A stretch of 37,942 nt of DNA from positions 1 through 37,942 of the forward strand of contig CAYHOV010000004.1 of assembly GCA_964358615.1 (NCBI GenBank). The letters run 5' to 3'. Below, piece by piece: positions 26,776 through 35,424 of this stretch (the stretch's first letter is position 1; every line of letters starts with the position of its first letter). The translations under genes were made by a program, and so were the position numbers. Origin of the DNA: Candidatus Woesearchaeota archaeon. GTDB taxonomy: Archaea > Nanobdellota > Nanobdellia > Pacearchaeales > GW2011-AR1. The notes below the pieces were generated by a model. It saw only the letters and a list, made by a program, of their open reading frames with translations. It made no database searches and had not been told where the DNA came from.

Positions 26776-27498
26776 TCATCTCAAAAATTTTCTAATAAAA
26801 TCAAGATCCTTTTCTGTTTTTTTTATATCTTCGGTGACTTCAAGAGTTATCTCTGCATCTTTGGGAAGTATGGAAAATATTTTTTTAAGATCTATATCTG
26901 AATTTATAAAATCAAGGTGTTCTGCATATGGTTTGAATCTTTGGCCTCCGAGATGAAAATGAACCGGATTTAATTCCAGGAATTTTTTTAAAAAATCCAT
27001 ATAATCTATTTTTTCTATAAATGCGTAGGAAATAGCATGATTTATGTCTAAGCAAAAACCTTTTTCTGTTTTATCCAGAACAGGTTTAATCTCCTCGGGA
27101 AGAATAAATGAAGGATTAAGAAATATATCTCTCTGATCCGCATGATTTTCTAGAATCACTCGCCTATCTTTTATTTTCTTCAAAAAATTTTCAGCAATTT
27201 CCATGTTGCAATCTGAATTTTCAAGAGGGCCAGGATGAACTATAATCTTTTTTGCATTAGTTTCATTTGCTAGATCAATGGCAAAATTAATGGCTCGAAC
27301 ATTGGCTGCTTCTTTTTTAGAATCTGATGGATTAACACCAAAACTGGTGTATGTTGCATGAATCACTACGGGGATCTTAATATTTTTAACAAAAGAATAG
27401 TCTTTTCCCTCGATGGCCATCAATTCAACAAAGTCAGCTTTATCTTGGAGAGATTCTATAAATGGCCAATCGTAGAAAGCTTTTATGCCGATTTTCAT
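26776..27498 (-). CDS. Xylose-isomerase-like / AP-endonuclease-2 TIM-barrel protein (sugar isomerase/epimerase family)
   Basis: Metal-ligand pattern VIHA, IVHPG, LENH, CLDINHA, HFHL, EH and TLE. TATA at 27520-27527 (-) lies 21 nt upstream. Confidence 0.7.
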   Translation of the reverse strand: MKIGIKAFYDWPFIESLQDKADFVELMAIEGKDYSFVKNIKIPVVIHATYTSFGVNPSDSKKEAANVRAINFAIDLANETNAKKIIVHPGPLENSDCNMEIAENFLKKIKDRRVILENHADQRDIFLNPSFILPEEIKPVLDKTEKGFCLDINHAISYAFIEKIDYMDFLKKFLELNPVHFHLGGQRFKPYAEHLDFINSDIDLKKIFSILPKDAEITLEVTEDIKKTEKDLDFIRKFLR

Positions 27499-27572
27499 AA
27501 GACAAAATTGAAATTCTAGTTTTTAAATACTATTGTTAAAATTGTTAGACAACGCGATAATCTTTAAAATTA

Positions 27573-28553
27573 TTATTCTCTGGTTAAAACATTTTCTTCA
27601 TACCAGGCTACGGTTTTTGCCAGACCTTCTTCTAAACCGTGCATTCTATTGATATGTGTCCATCCAAGTTCTCTTTCGGCTCTTGAGATATCGAGTACTT
27701 TATTCTTGACTCCAACAAACCTATTTGGATTATATCTTATGTCTCCTCTAAAACCAGATACATCTCTTATGGTCTCTGCTAATCGACTTACAGGAGTTTC
27801 TGCTCCTGATCCGATATTAATTGTGTCGCCATGATAATTAGTAGGATCTCCTTCGTAATGTTCAGCGGCCATCAAAAGTCCTTCGAGCTGATCGTCTATG
27901 AAAATTAATTCTCTTGTCTGAGTTCCGTCTCCCCAAACTTCCACTTCTGGTTGATCTGTTGCTTTTGCCTTGCAAAATTTTGCAACTAAAGCTCCAACAA
28001 CGTGGGCAGTTTTTATGTCAAAATCGTCGTGGGGACCATATAATGTAGCAAACGTTGGCACAATTCCGCGGAGTTTGTGTTGGTCTTTATATGCTCTTAC
28101 TCCGATGCCTAAGAATCTTTTTGTTGCACCATAGGCATAAACACTGTCATGCAAATGACCTTGATCGATATCTTTCTCAGCAATAATGGGAATTTCACTA
28201 GGATAAACACAACTGCTTCCTACTGCAATCATTTTTGCCTGCGGTTGAAATTTTCTCCAGGCTTCGAGAGTATTAATTTGAATCAAACCATTTACGTGAA
28301 ATTGTTCGGCAGTATGGTGCATAGGCCAATCGGCAGCATGTTGCAGAGCGGCCATATGAACAATAAAATCATATTTTGTTCCTTCATTCATAACAGCATT
28401 TGCTTGATCTGCGTTTGTCAAATCATATTGCTTACTCCCAAAAACTCGTGATTCTGCTCCTAATTCGTCAAGTTTTCTTGTAAGATTTTTTCCAACAAAA
28501 CTAGTTCCGCCGGTAATCAAAACTTTCTTATCTTTCCAAAAATTATTAGGCAT
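27573..28553 (-). CDS. GDP-L-fucose synthase-like epimerase/reductase (Fcl/GMER family)
   Basis: Motifs TGGTSFVG, GSSCVYP, YGATK, LYGPHDDF, HVVGAL and VWGDGTQTRE. Start 28553 is supported by TATA 28574-28581 (-). Confidence 0.88.
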   Translation of the reverse strand: MPNNFWKDKKVLITGGTSFVGKNLTRKLDELGAESRVFGSKQYDLTNADQANAVMNEGTKYDFIVHMAALQHAADWPMHHTAEQFHVNGLIQINTLEAWRKFQPQAKMIAVGSSCVYPSEIPIIAEKDIDQGHLHDSVYAYGATKRFLGIGVRAYKDQHKLRGIVPTFATLYGPHDDFDIKTAHVVGALVAKFCKAKATDQPEVEVWGDGTQTRELIFIDDQLEGLLMAAEHYEGDPTNYHGDTINIGSGAETPVSRLAETIRDVSGFRGDIRYNPNRFVGVKNKVLDISRAERELGWTHINRMHGLEEGLAKTVAWYEENVLTRE

Positions 28554-28665
28554 AAAATTCCATTTTCTTTGCACTTATAAACATTTAGATGTTTTATTAT
28601 ATATTTTTAAGTATAGTATTGTAAAAGTAGTGTTTAATGCTATAAATCTTTAAATATGATGTTTA

Positions 28666-29625
28666 ATGCTAAATCGAAAGGATATGGCTGAAAAAATACT
28701 GATTACTGGCGGTGCAGGATATATTGGTTCTGTTCTAACAGAGCATCTTTTAAATCAAGGATGCGAAGTCACTTGCTTAGATAATTTAATGTATCGGCAA
28801 GCGTCATTACTTCATCTGGCCAATAAGCCTGGTTTTAATTTTGTTTTTGGAGATACAAGAGATAAAGGATTAATGGGAAAACTTGTCCCTCAATTTGATG
28901 TTATAGTCCCTCTTGCAGCGATTGTCGGAGAGGGTGCATGCAATGCGCGAATGTTTGAAGCTACGACGACAAACCGAGATGCGGTTGTCATGATAAATGA
29001 GCTAAGAAGTTCAGATCAAAAATTAGTTTTGCCAAATACAAACAGTGGATATGGAAGAACAACAGGAGATGTGTTCTGCACAGAAGAAACTCCGCTGAGC
29101 CCCATAGGCCACTATGGTCAAACAAAAGTTGAAGCTGAAAGAGCAATACTTAGATCAGATAAAAAAGGGCTCACATTGAGATTGGCGACGGTGTTTGGCG
29201 TATCTCCAAGAATGAGGACAGACTTGCTTGTAAATGATTTTGTAAAAAGAGCGATGACTGATAGATATCTTGCTTTATTTGAGGGACAATTTATGAGAAA
29301 CTATGTCCATATCCAAGATGTTGCACGAGCATTTGAACATGCGCTTCGACGTTATGGTGAAATGAGCGGCGCATATAATGTGGGGCTGGATGAAGCAAAT
29401 ATGTCTAAACTAGATTTAGCAAAGAGAATAGCAGAACATCTTCCTGGAACCGCAATAAGAGAAGATCTCGAAGGAAAAGATACTGACCAAAGAAATTATA
29501 TTGTCTCAAATGAAAAACTAAAGGGAACGGGATTTGTATTTCAACATTCTTTAGACGATGGGATTCAGGAGTTAATTAAAGCTTACACAATCTTGCTCAG
29601 ATTAGATCCTAGCAAGAATAGTTAA
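28666..29625 (+). CDS. Extended SDR resembling C. jejuni Cj1427 GDP-D-glycero-D-manno-heptose 4-dehydrogenase (start may be 28684)
   Basis: Motifs ITGGAGYIGSVL, PLAAIVG, PNTNSGYG, CTEETPL.PI..YG..K, RLATVFGVSPRMR.DLLVNDF and RNY. These match my recollection of the Cj1427 subfamily, and the gene sits next to gmhB/hddC/hddA. Confidence 0.78.
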   Translation: MLNRKDMAEKILITGGAGYIGSVLTEHLLNQGCEVTCLDNLMYRQASLLHLANKPGFNFVFGDTRDKGLMGKLVPQFDVIVPLAAIVGEGACNARMFEATTTNRDAVVMINELRSSDQKLVLPNTNSGYGRTTGDVFCTEETPLSPIGHYGQTKVEAERAILRSDKKGLTLRLATVFGVSPRMRTDLLVNDFVKRAMTDRYLALFEGQFMRNYVHIQDVARAFEHALRRYGEMSGAYNVGLDEANMSKLDLAKRIAEHLPGTAIREDLEGKDTDQRNYIVSNEKLKGTGFVFQHSLDDGIQELIKAYTILLRLDPSKNS

Positions 29626-29626
29626 A

Positions 29627-30172
29627 ATGAACCGTGGTCTTTTTCTAGACAGGGACGGTGTTATTTGTCAAGAAAGAAATTTATTTTATGGAGGAACGCC
29701 GGTGACTCGAGCAGAAGATCTTGAATTTTTTCCACGCACTGAAGAAGCTTTTCAGCGTATGGCTCGGTTGGATTTTAAATTAGTAATTGTCACGAATCAG
29801 TCGGCAATCGGTCGAGGCGAACTCAGCAGAGAAGAATTTGAACGGATGAATGAAAAAATAAATCAGATGTTAGGAAAATATGGGAGAAGATTTGATGGGA
29901 TCTATGTCTGCCCGCATGTTCCTGAAGAAAACTGCGATTGCAGAAAACCAAAAACAGGAATGTTACTTAGAGCAGAAAGAGAACTTGAAATAAGTCTGCG
30001 AGATTCTATAGTAATCGGCGACAAAACTTCGGATATTAAAATGGGTATCGATGCTGGATGCAGAACCGGATTGGTAAAAACAGGTTATGGTGGGCGGGAT
30101 AAACTTTGCAAAGTAGAACCAGATTTTATTTCAGATGATCTTTATTCTGCTTTGACGGAGATTGGAAAATGA
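29627..30172 (+). CDS. gmhB: D-glycero-D-manno-heptose 1,7-bisphosphate phosphatase (HAD IIIA)
   Basis: Motifs FLDRDGVI, VTNQS, CPH....CDCRKPKTGM and IGDKTSD. Confidence 0.9.
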   Translation: MNRGLFLDRDGVICQERNLFYGGTPVTRAEDLEFFPRTEEAFQRMARLDFKLVIVTNQSAIGRGELSREEFERMNEKINQMLGKYGRRFDGIYVCPHVPEENCDCRKPKTGMLLRAERELEISLRDSIVIGDKTSDIKMGIDAGCRTGLVKTGYGGRDKLCKVEPDFISDDLYSALTEIGK

Positions 30173-32235
30173 AAGCGGTGATACTCGCCGGAGGGCTTGG
30201 GACTCGACTAAGAGCTGTTATCGGAGATGAAACTCCAAAACCTATGGCGCTTATTGCGGGAAAACCTTTTTTAGAACATCAAATACGTTTATTAAAAAAA
30301 CAGGGGCTTGAGGATATAGTATTAGCTGTCCATCATCGGGCAGGTATGATAAAGACTTTTTTTGGAAATGGAAGACGACACGGCGTCAATATTGCATATG
30401 CGGAAGAAGAAATTCCATTGGGAACTGCGGGTGCAATAAAAAATGCGCAGGGAATTATAGGAGATGAAAGATTTATGGTTTTAAATGGAGATACTTATGC
30501 GGGAATAAAATTCGAAGATTTTTTAAGATTCCACGACGCTAGGGGGAGAAAGGCTACGATGGCTGTGACTGAAGCAGGAGACCCGCAACATCAGGAAGTT
30601 GTAGAAATTGAAAATGGATTGGCAGTCAGATTCCATGAAAGAGGAAAATGTCCTGCAGGCATTGTGCCAATGATAAATAGTGGAGCTTATATTTTTGAAT
30701 CAGAAATATTCAAGAGAATTGATCCGGGCAAAAATGTTTCTCTTGAAAGAGAAGTATTTCCGAATCTTGTTGAGCAAAGAGCTCTTGCAGCTTTTCCGTA
30801 TGCAGGATATTTTATGGATATTGGTCGGCCTGAAACCTATGGTCAGTTCAAAAGAGATATTATCGGCGGATGGTTAATGAGAGGAGAAAATAGTATACGG
30901 GAAGCCTTGGGCAGAATGGGAAAAAATGAAGAGGGTCTTGTTTTTGTTGTAGACGAAAAAGAACGGTTAATTGGAGTTGTAACTCGTGCATTTATAGATC
31001 AGGCTTTCATCGACGAAAAAGCTGACCTGGGAGACTGTATTAAAAAAATAATGCAACCACCTTTAGCAGTTGCTCATGAGGGAGATAGTCCTGAAAAAAT
31101 TGCAGAGATCATGCTTCCGAGAACAAATAGGCTTCCGATTTTAAATGCAGATGGCCAAATTGTTGATATGGTCTACAGACAAGAAGTAATAGAAATTGCA
31201 GACGCTCCGGTGTTCAGGGCAATATCTCCGTTGAGAATAAGTTTTTCAGGCGGAGGAACAGATAAGGAAGATTATTTTACACAATTTGGAACAGGAATCG
31301 TGATAAATGCTACTATCGATAAATATTGTCATGCGACTGCAAGAATGAGACATGATAGTCTGATAAGAATAAATCCGGGACAAGAAAATGAAGAAGTTCT
31401 TGATCTAAGAAAAAGAAAATTAGAGTATGGCGGGCAATGGGATTTGGCCAAGGCAGTGATAAATACTATGAAACCGGATTTTGGTTTTGATTTACATGTT
31501 CGAAATGATGTTCCTCCTGGAAGAGGGCTTGGTTCTTCGGGAAGTTTTGCAGTGATGTTAACAGAACTGTTGACACAAATGCGAAGAAAATATTTAACCA
31601 ATGATCAGGTTGCAGAAATTGCAAGAAGAGCAGAAGTTGAAGAATTAAAAATCGGCGGCGGGTGGCAAGACCAGTATGCTGCAAAAGTCGGAGGATTTAA
31701 TCTGATAGAATTCTCAGCAGGGAGAATTATTCCGTCGTCATTGGCATTATCTCCGGAAGTAGTAAGTGAGCTTGAGGAGAGCTTGGTTTTGTGTTACGTC
31801 GGAAAAACGCATAATTCTGGCGAGGTGCACAGAGACCAGGAAAAACATTTTGCTGAAGAAAAAGAAAAAGTAAGAAGAAGTTTAGAACATCTAAAAGATA
31901 TTGCAATAAGAATAAGAGATTCGTTGGTTTCTAAAAATCCTGCAAGAATAAGAGATTTGGGAGATTGCCTACATGAAGCTTGGGCGCTAAAAAGAGAACT
32001 TGGAGGATCTATAACTAATCCGGAAATAGATCGGCTATATGATGTTGGTAGAATGGCGGGAGCAACTGGTGGAAAATTGCTTGGGGCGGGAAACGGAGGA
32101 TATGTTCTTTTTTTTGTTCCTCCTGAAAAAAGATATTCTCTGGTAAAATCTATTTCAGCGTATACTCCTGAAATATTAGATTTCAAATTTGAAAGACAAC
32201 CGGTTGGAACGAGGGTTTGGTCGCCGCGGATATAA
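30169..32235 (+). CDS. Three-domain fusion: sugar-1-phosphate nucleotidyltransferase (HddC-like) + CBS pair + GHMP kinase (HddA-like heptose-7-phosphate kinase)
   Basis: N-terminus: LAGGLGTRL, PKPM, PLGTAGA, LNGD and FMDIG.PE. Middle: VVDEKERLIGVVT...IM...LPILNADGQIVD (CBS). C-terminus: PLRISFSGGGTD, PPGRGLGSSG, GGWQDQY and GGKLLGAGNGG. Confidence 0.9.
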   Translation: MKAVILAGGLGTRLRAVIGDETPKPMALIAGKPFLEHQIRLLKKQGLEDIVLAVHHRAGMIKTFFGNGRRHGVNIAYAEEEIPLGTAGAIKNAQGIIGDERFMVLNGDTYAGIKFEDFLRFHDARGRKATMAVTEAGDPQHQEVVEIENGLAVRFHERGKCPAGIVPMINSGAYIFESEIFKRIDPGKNVSLEREVFPNLVEQRALAAFPYAGYFMDIGRPETYGQFKRDIIGGWLMRGENSIREALGRMGKNEEGLVFVVDEKERLIGVVTRAFIDQAFIDEKADLGDCIKKIMQPPLAVAHEGDSPEKIAEIMLPRTNRLPILNADGQIVDMVYRQEVIEIADAPVFRAISPLRISFSGGGTDKEDYFTQFGTGIVINATIDKYCHATARMRHDSLIRINPGQENEEVLDLRKRKLEYGGQWDLAKAVINTMKPDFGFDLHVRNDVPPGRGLGSSGSFAVMLTELLTQMRRKYLTNDQVAEIARRAEVEELKIGGGWQDQYAAKVGGFNLIEFSAGRIIPSSLALSPEVVSELEESLVLCYVGKTHNSGEVHRDQEKHFAEEKEKVRRSLEHLKDIAIRIRDSLVSKNPARIRDLGDCLHEAWALKRELGGSITNPEIDRLYDVGRMAGATGGKLLGAGNGGYVLFFVPPEKRYSLVKSISAYTPEILDFKFERQPVGTRVWSPRI

Positions 32236-32337
32236 AATATTTTTTATTTAACTTAAAATTCTCATAAAGAAATTGCCTAAAAAATTCTAAGAATACCGAA
32301 GAGAAAGGTATTTAAACAACGAGACTTGAAAAATAAA

Positions 32338-33123
32338 ATGATAAAAAGAATGTTTAGTCTTTTTGTTCCATGCTATAATGAAGAAAAATGCATTGGAAAG
32401 AATGTTGTAAAAATCTACGAGGTCTTAAAAAATTATCAAAAGAAAAATAAAAATTTTAAATTTGAGATCATAGTCGTCAATGATTGTTCAACAGATAGGA
32501 CCAAGGAAATTGTAGATAAGGTTTCTAAAGAAATAAAGGAAATAAAAGCAATACATTATTCTGGAGATAAACCTACAAGAAGAGAAAATCTTATACAGAG
32601 TTTTAAATATGCTAAAGGAGATATTGTTGGTTTTACTGATGCTGACCTTTCTACAGATATTACAGATCTTCCTCGTTTATATAATGAAGTAGATGATGAC
32701 AATACTATTGTTATTGGAGATAGATATCATCATGAAAGCAAAGTTCAAAGAAGTATAAAGAGATGGGTAATAAGTAAAACTCTTAACTATTCTACAAGAA
32801 TACTTTTTTTTGATTGGACACGTCCGTTTAAATTCACCAGCGGCAGTTGGGATCATTTTTGCGGATTCAAAGCATTCACAAAAAAAACAATACTTAGACT
32901 ATTAGAGTATACTGGGGTCGGCAATGAGCAAAGAAGCATGTGGTGGGATGCTGAAATGTTAATCTATGCTGAAAAACTAGGATATAAAATAAAAAGAATT
33001 CCTGTGACCTGGGTAGAGGGAAAAGAAACTAAATTAAAACCTCGAAGAGAAATAAATATAATTCTTTATATGATTAAACTTATGATAAGAATGAAATGGA
33101 TGAAGTCAACAAAGCTTGGTTAG
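32338..33123 (+). CDS. GT2 glycosyltransferase (polyprenol-phosphate glycosyltransferase-like)
   Basis: Motifs VPCYNEE, VNDCSTD, FTDADLS, D..CGFKAF and WWDAE. Start 32338 was chosen from the TATA at 32309-32318. Confidence 0.9.
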   Translation: MIKRMFSLFVPCYNEEKCIGKNVVKIYEVLKNYQKKNKNFKFEIIVVNDCSTDRTKEIVDKVSKEIKEIKAIHYSGDKPTRRENLIQSFKYAKGDIVGFTDADLSTDITDLPRLYNEVDDDNTIVIGDRYHHESKVQRSIKRWVISKTLNYSTRILFFDWTRPFKFTSGSWDHFCGFKAFTKKTILRLLEYTGVGNEQRSMWWDAEMLIYAEKLGYKIKRIPVTWVEGKETKLKPRREINIILYMIKLMIRMKWMKSTKLG

Positions 33124-33665
33124 GTGGAGATCTTAATTTTTATTTTAAATATAAAAGAAAAATTATAGAGAGAAAGATAAAGGGTAAATGTTTAAATGTA
33201 GGTTGCGGGGGCCATATTATTCCTGGAGCAGTCAATATCGACGAGAATGCAACAAATCTCCCTTATAAAGATAATTCTTTTGATACAGTGATACTCTCGG
33301 ATGTAATAGAACATATAAAAGATTGGGAAAAGGCTCTAGATGAAGCGATACGCGTCTCAAAAAATAAAGTGATAATAACTGTTCCTGCATATATGTGGCT
33401 ATGGTCCAACTATGACAAAATGCTCGGACACTATCGAAGATATGAAGAAAAAGATATAGATAGGTTTTTAAATAAATATCCGGATGTTAAATATACTGTG
33501 AGTTATCTTTTTGGACCAACTCTGCCATTATTGTGGTTCAGGAAGTTTGGCAGCGGAAAAACTCCAAAACTTCCGGGATTCATAGACGATTTACTCTATG
33601 CAGTATCTCATCTAAAAATGCCTTTTGGTTCGACGATGATGATTGAAATTACAAAAAACAAATGA
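33096..33665 (+). CDS. Class I SAM-dependent methyltransferase
   Basis: Motifs LNVGCG, LPYKDNSFD, DVIEH and TVPA...LWS.YD...GHYRRY. Confidence 0.88.
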   Translation: MDEVNKAWLGGDLNFYFKYKRKIIERKIKGKCLNVGCGGHIIPGAVNIDENATNLPYKDNSFDTVILSDVIEHIKDWEKALDEAIRVSKNKVIITVPAYMWLWSNYDKMLGHYRRYEEKDIDRFLNKYPDVKYTVSYLFGPTLPLLWFRKFGSGKTPKLPGFIDDLLYAVSHLKMPFGSTMMIEITKNK

Positions 33666-34498
33666 TAAACTTAAAATTTTTAAGAAAAAGATTAGGGCAA
33701 GTAAGATACGTTAAAAATCCGATGCAAATCTGGAGATTTTTCTTTTCTAAAGTGAAATCTATAGAAATTGCTATAACCTATGCATGTAATTTTAAATGTC
33801 CAGGTTGTTATGCAGAAGATTTGAAAACGACAAAACCAACAATGCTTTCAAAAGAAATGGTATTGGGATTTATAAAAAAATATAAACCTATGCATGTAAA
33901 TATCACGGGGGGAGAACCTCTTTTACACCCACAAATTTATGAAATAATAAGAGAAATTCCAAAAAGTGTCGTTGTCAGTATCGTCACTAATGGTAGCCTT
34001 TTGAATGAAGAAAAAATTAAAAAATTAAAAAAAGCAGGATTAAATACAATACAAATAAGCTTCGGTAAAAATTATCCCTGGGAAAATCTTGAAAAAGCAA
34101 AGATTGCAAAAAAATATGGGTTGAATGTCTGTTTAAGCGTCACAAATACTAAAAAAAATAAAGAATATATTTTAGCGGCGATAAGGGCTGCAGAAAAAAA
34201 TGATTATCATGTCCTATGGAATCTCCCAAGTTCTTTTATAATGAAAAATTTTGATAGCGAGACATATTTCAAATATCGAAATCATCCGCGAGTCCGGGAA
34301 GATAATATGTTCTGGGCTGGAAGAAATGTATGTCCTGCAGGAAGACAAAAAATCTATATCACAGCAAAAGGAGAACTGATGCCCTGTGATAGATGGCATA
34401 AATCCTATCCAGATCTAGAATCAATGAGAAAAGATTTTCAAGGGAAAAAAGTGTGGTGCAGTCGGCTTGGAGATATTCATCTTAAAAACAATCAATAA
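33662..34498 (+). CDS. Radical SAM protein with twitch-type C-terminal motif
   Basis: Motifs CNFKCPGCY, TGGEPLL, TNG and CPAG...YITAKGELMPC. Confidence 0.9.
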   Translation: MINLKFLRKRLGQVRYVKNPMQIWRFFFSKVKSIEIAITYACNFKCPGCYAEDLKTTKPTMLSKEMVLGFIKKYKPMHVNITGGEPLLHPQIYEIIREIPKSVVVSIVTNGSLLNEEKIKKLKKAGLNTIQISFGKNYPWENLEKAKIAKKYGLNVCLSVTNTKKNKEYILAAIRAAEKNDYHVLWNLPSSFIMKNFDSETYFKYRNHPRVREDNMFWAGRNVCPAGRQKIYITAKGELMPCDRWHKSYPDLESMRKDFQGKKVWCSRLGDIHLKNNQ

Positions 34499-34572
34499 TA
34501 AAAAATTGCTCAATAATTCTCTATCTCCTCGTAGCAGACTGGAAGTTTTAAAACCAAAATTAAAATAAACAA

Positions 34573-35424
34573 TTAAAGCCTGGTAGTCTTATTAAAAAAA
34601 ACTCTTCTTATAGCTCCATAATAATAGCCAAAATATTTTACAGTATAGAATATTGGTAAAAAAAGTATAAATGGGAGATATGGGTCTGTTGCAAAATGTT
34701 TTATGGATTTGAGAATTGCATATAAAAAAAAGAAAGGAAGAGATAAAAAAATAAGAATTGGTTTTTTATAAGAAGAGCCAATCCAAACTCCCTGGGCAAA
34801 AGTCTCGCTTGCTGATTCTGGATTATAGTGAGCCATCTCTGTATCCACAACTTTTGCATATACTGGTGCTTTTTTAAAAAGAGATTGGTCGTCGGCATAG
34901 CCATCTTTTGGGTCAAATCCGCCGGATTTTTCATAGAGACTCCTTGCAGTCAGTGAAGCATTTTTTTTACCTCCTTCGATGAGTTTTCTAAAATCTCTTG
35001 AACCCCATGCCCTCGCCCAGATTTTATCAAAATTTGCAACTTTTTCCCTTGCATGAACTGTTCTCAAAGCCTCACCTTTTATTATTGGTTCTGCTAAATC
35101 TTTTATATAATCCTTACCATAGATATGGTCTGACGCCCAAAAAAGTAAAATTTCTCCTTTTGCATGTTTAAAACCTAGATTCCAGGCTGCTCCTGGGCCA
35201 GAATGCTTTTGTTGGAGGAGTTTAACTTTTGGAGCATATTTTCTGACAATTTCTGCGGTTTTATCCTGGCTTTCATCGTCCACTATAAATATCTCAATAG
35301 GCGTATAACTTTGTTTCAAAAGAGAGTCTAAGCAAATCCCAATATGTTTTTCTTCATTATATGCTGGAAGAATCACTGAAACAAGGAGATTACCTTTTAT
35401 TTTTTTAGACGTTAAAACCACCAT
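34573..35424 (-). CDS. GT2 glycosyltransferase
   Basis: Motifs VSVILPAYNEE, VDDES.D.T and GGFD...YADD. The DxD position is degenerate (WASD). Confidence 0.85.
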   Translation of the reverse strand: MVVLTSKKIKGNLLVSVILPAYNEEKHIGICLDSLLKQSYTPIEIFIVDDESQDKTAEIVRKYAPKVKLLQQKHSGPGAAWNLGFKHAKGEILLFWASDHIYGKDYIKDLAEPIIKGEALRTVHAREKVANFDKIWARAWGSRDFRKLIEGGKKNASLTARSLYEKSGGFDPKDGYADDQSLFKKAPVYAKVVDTEMAHYNPESASETFAQGVWIGSSYKKPILIFLSLPFFFLYAILKSIKHFATDPYLPFILFLPIFYTVKYFGYYYGAIRRVFFNKTTRL

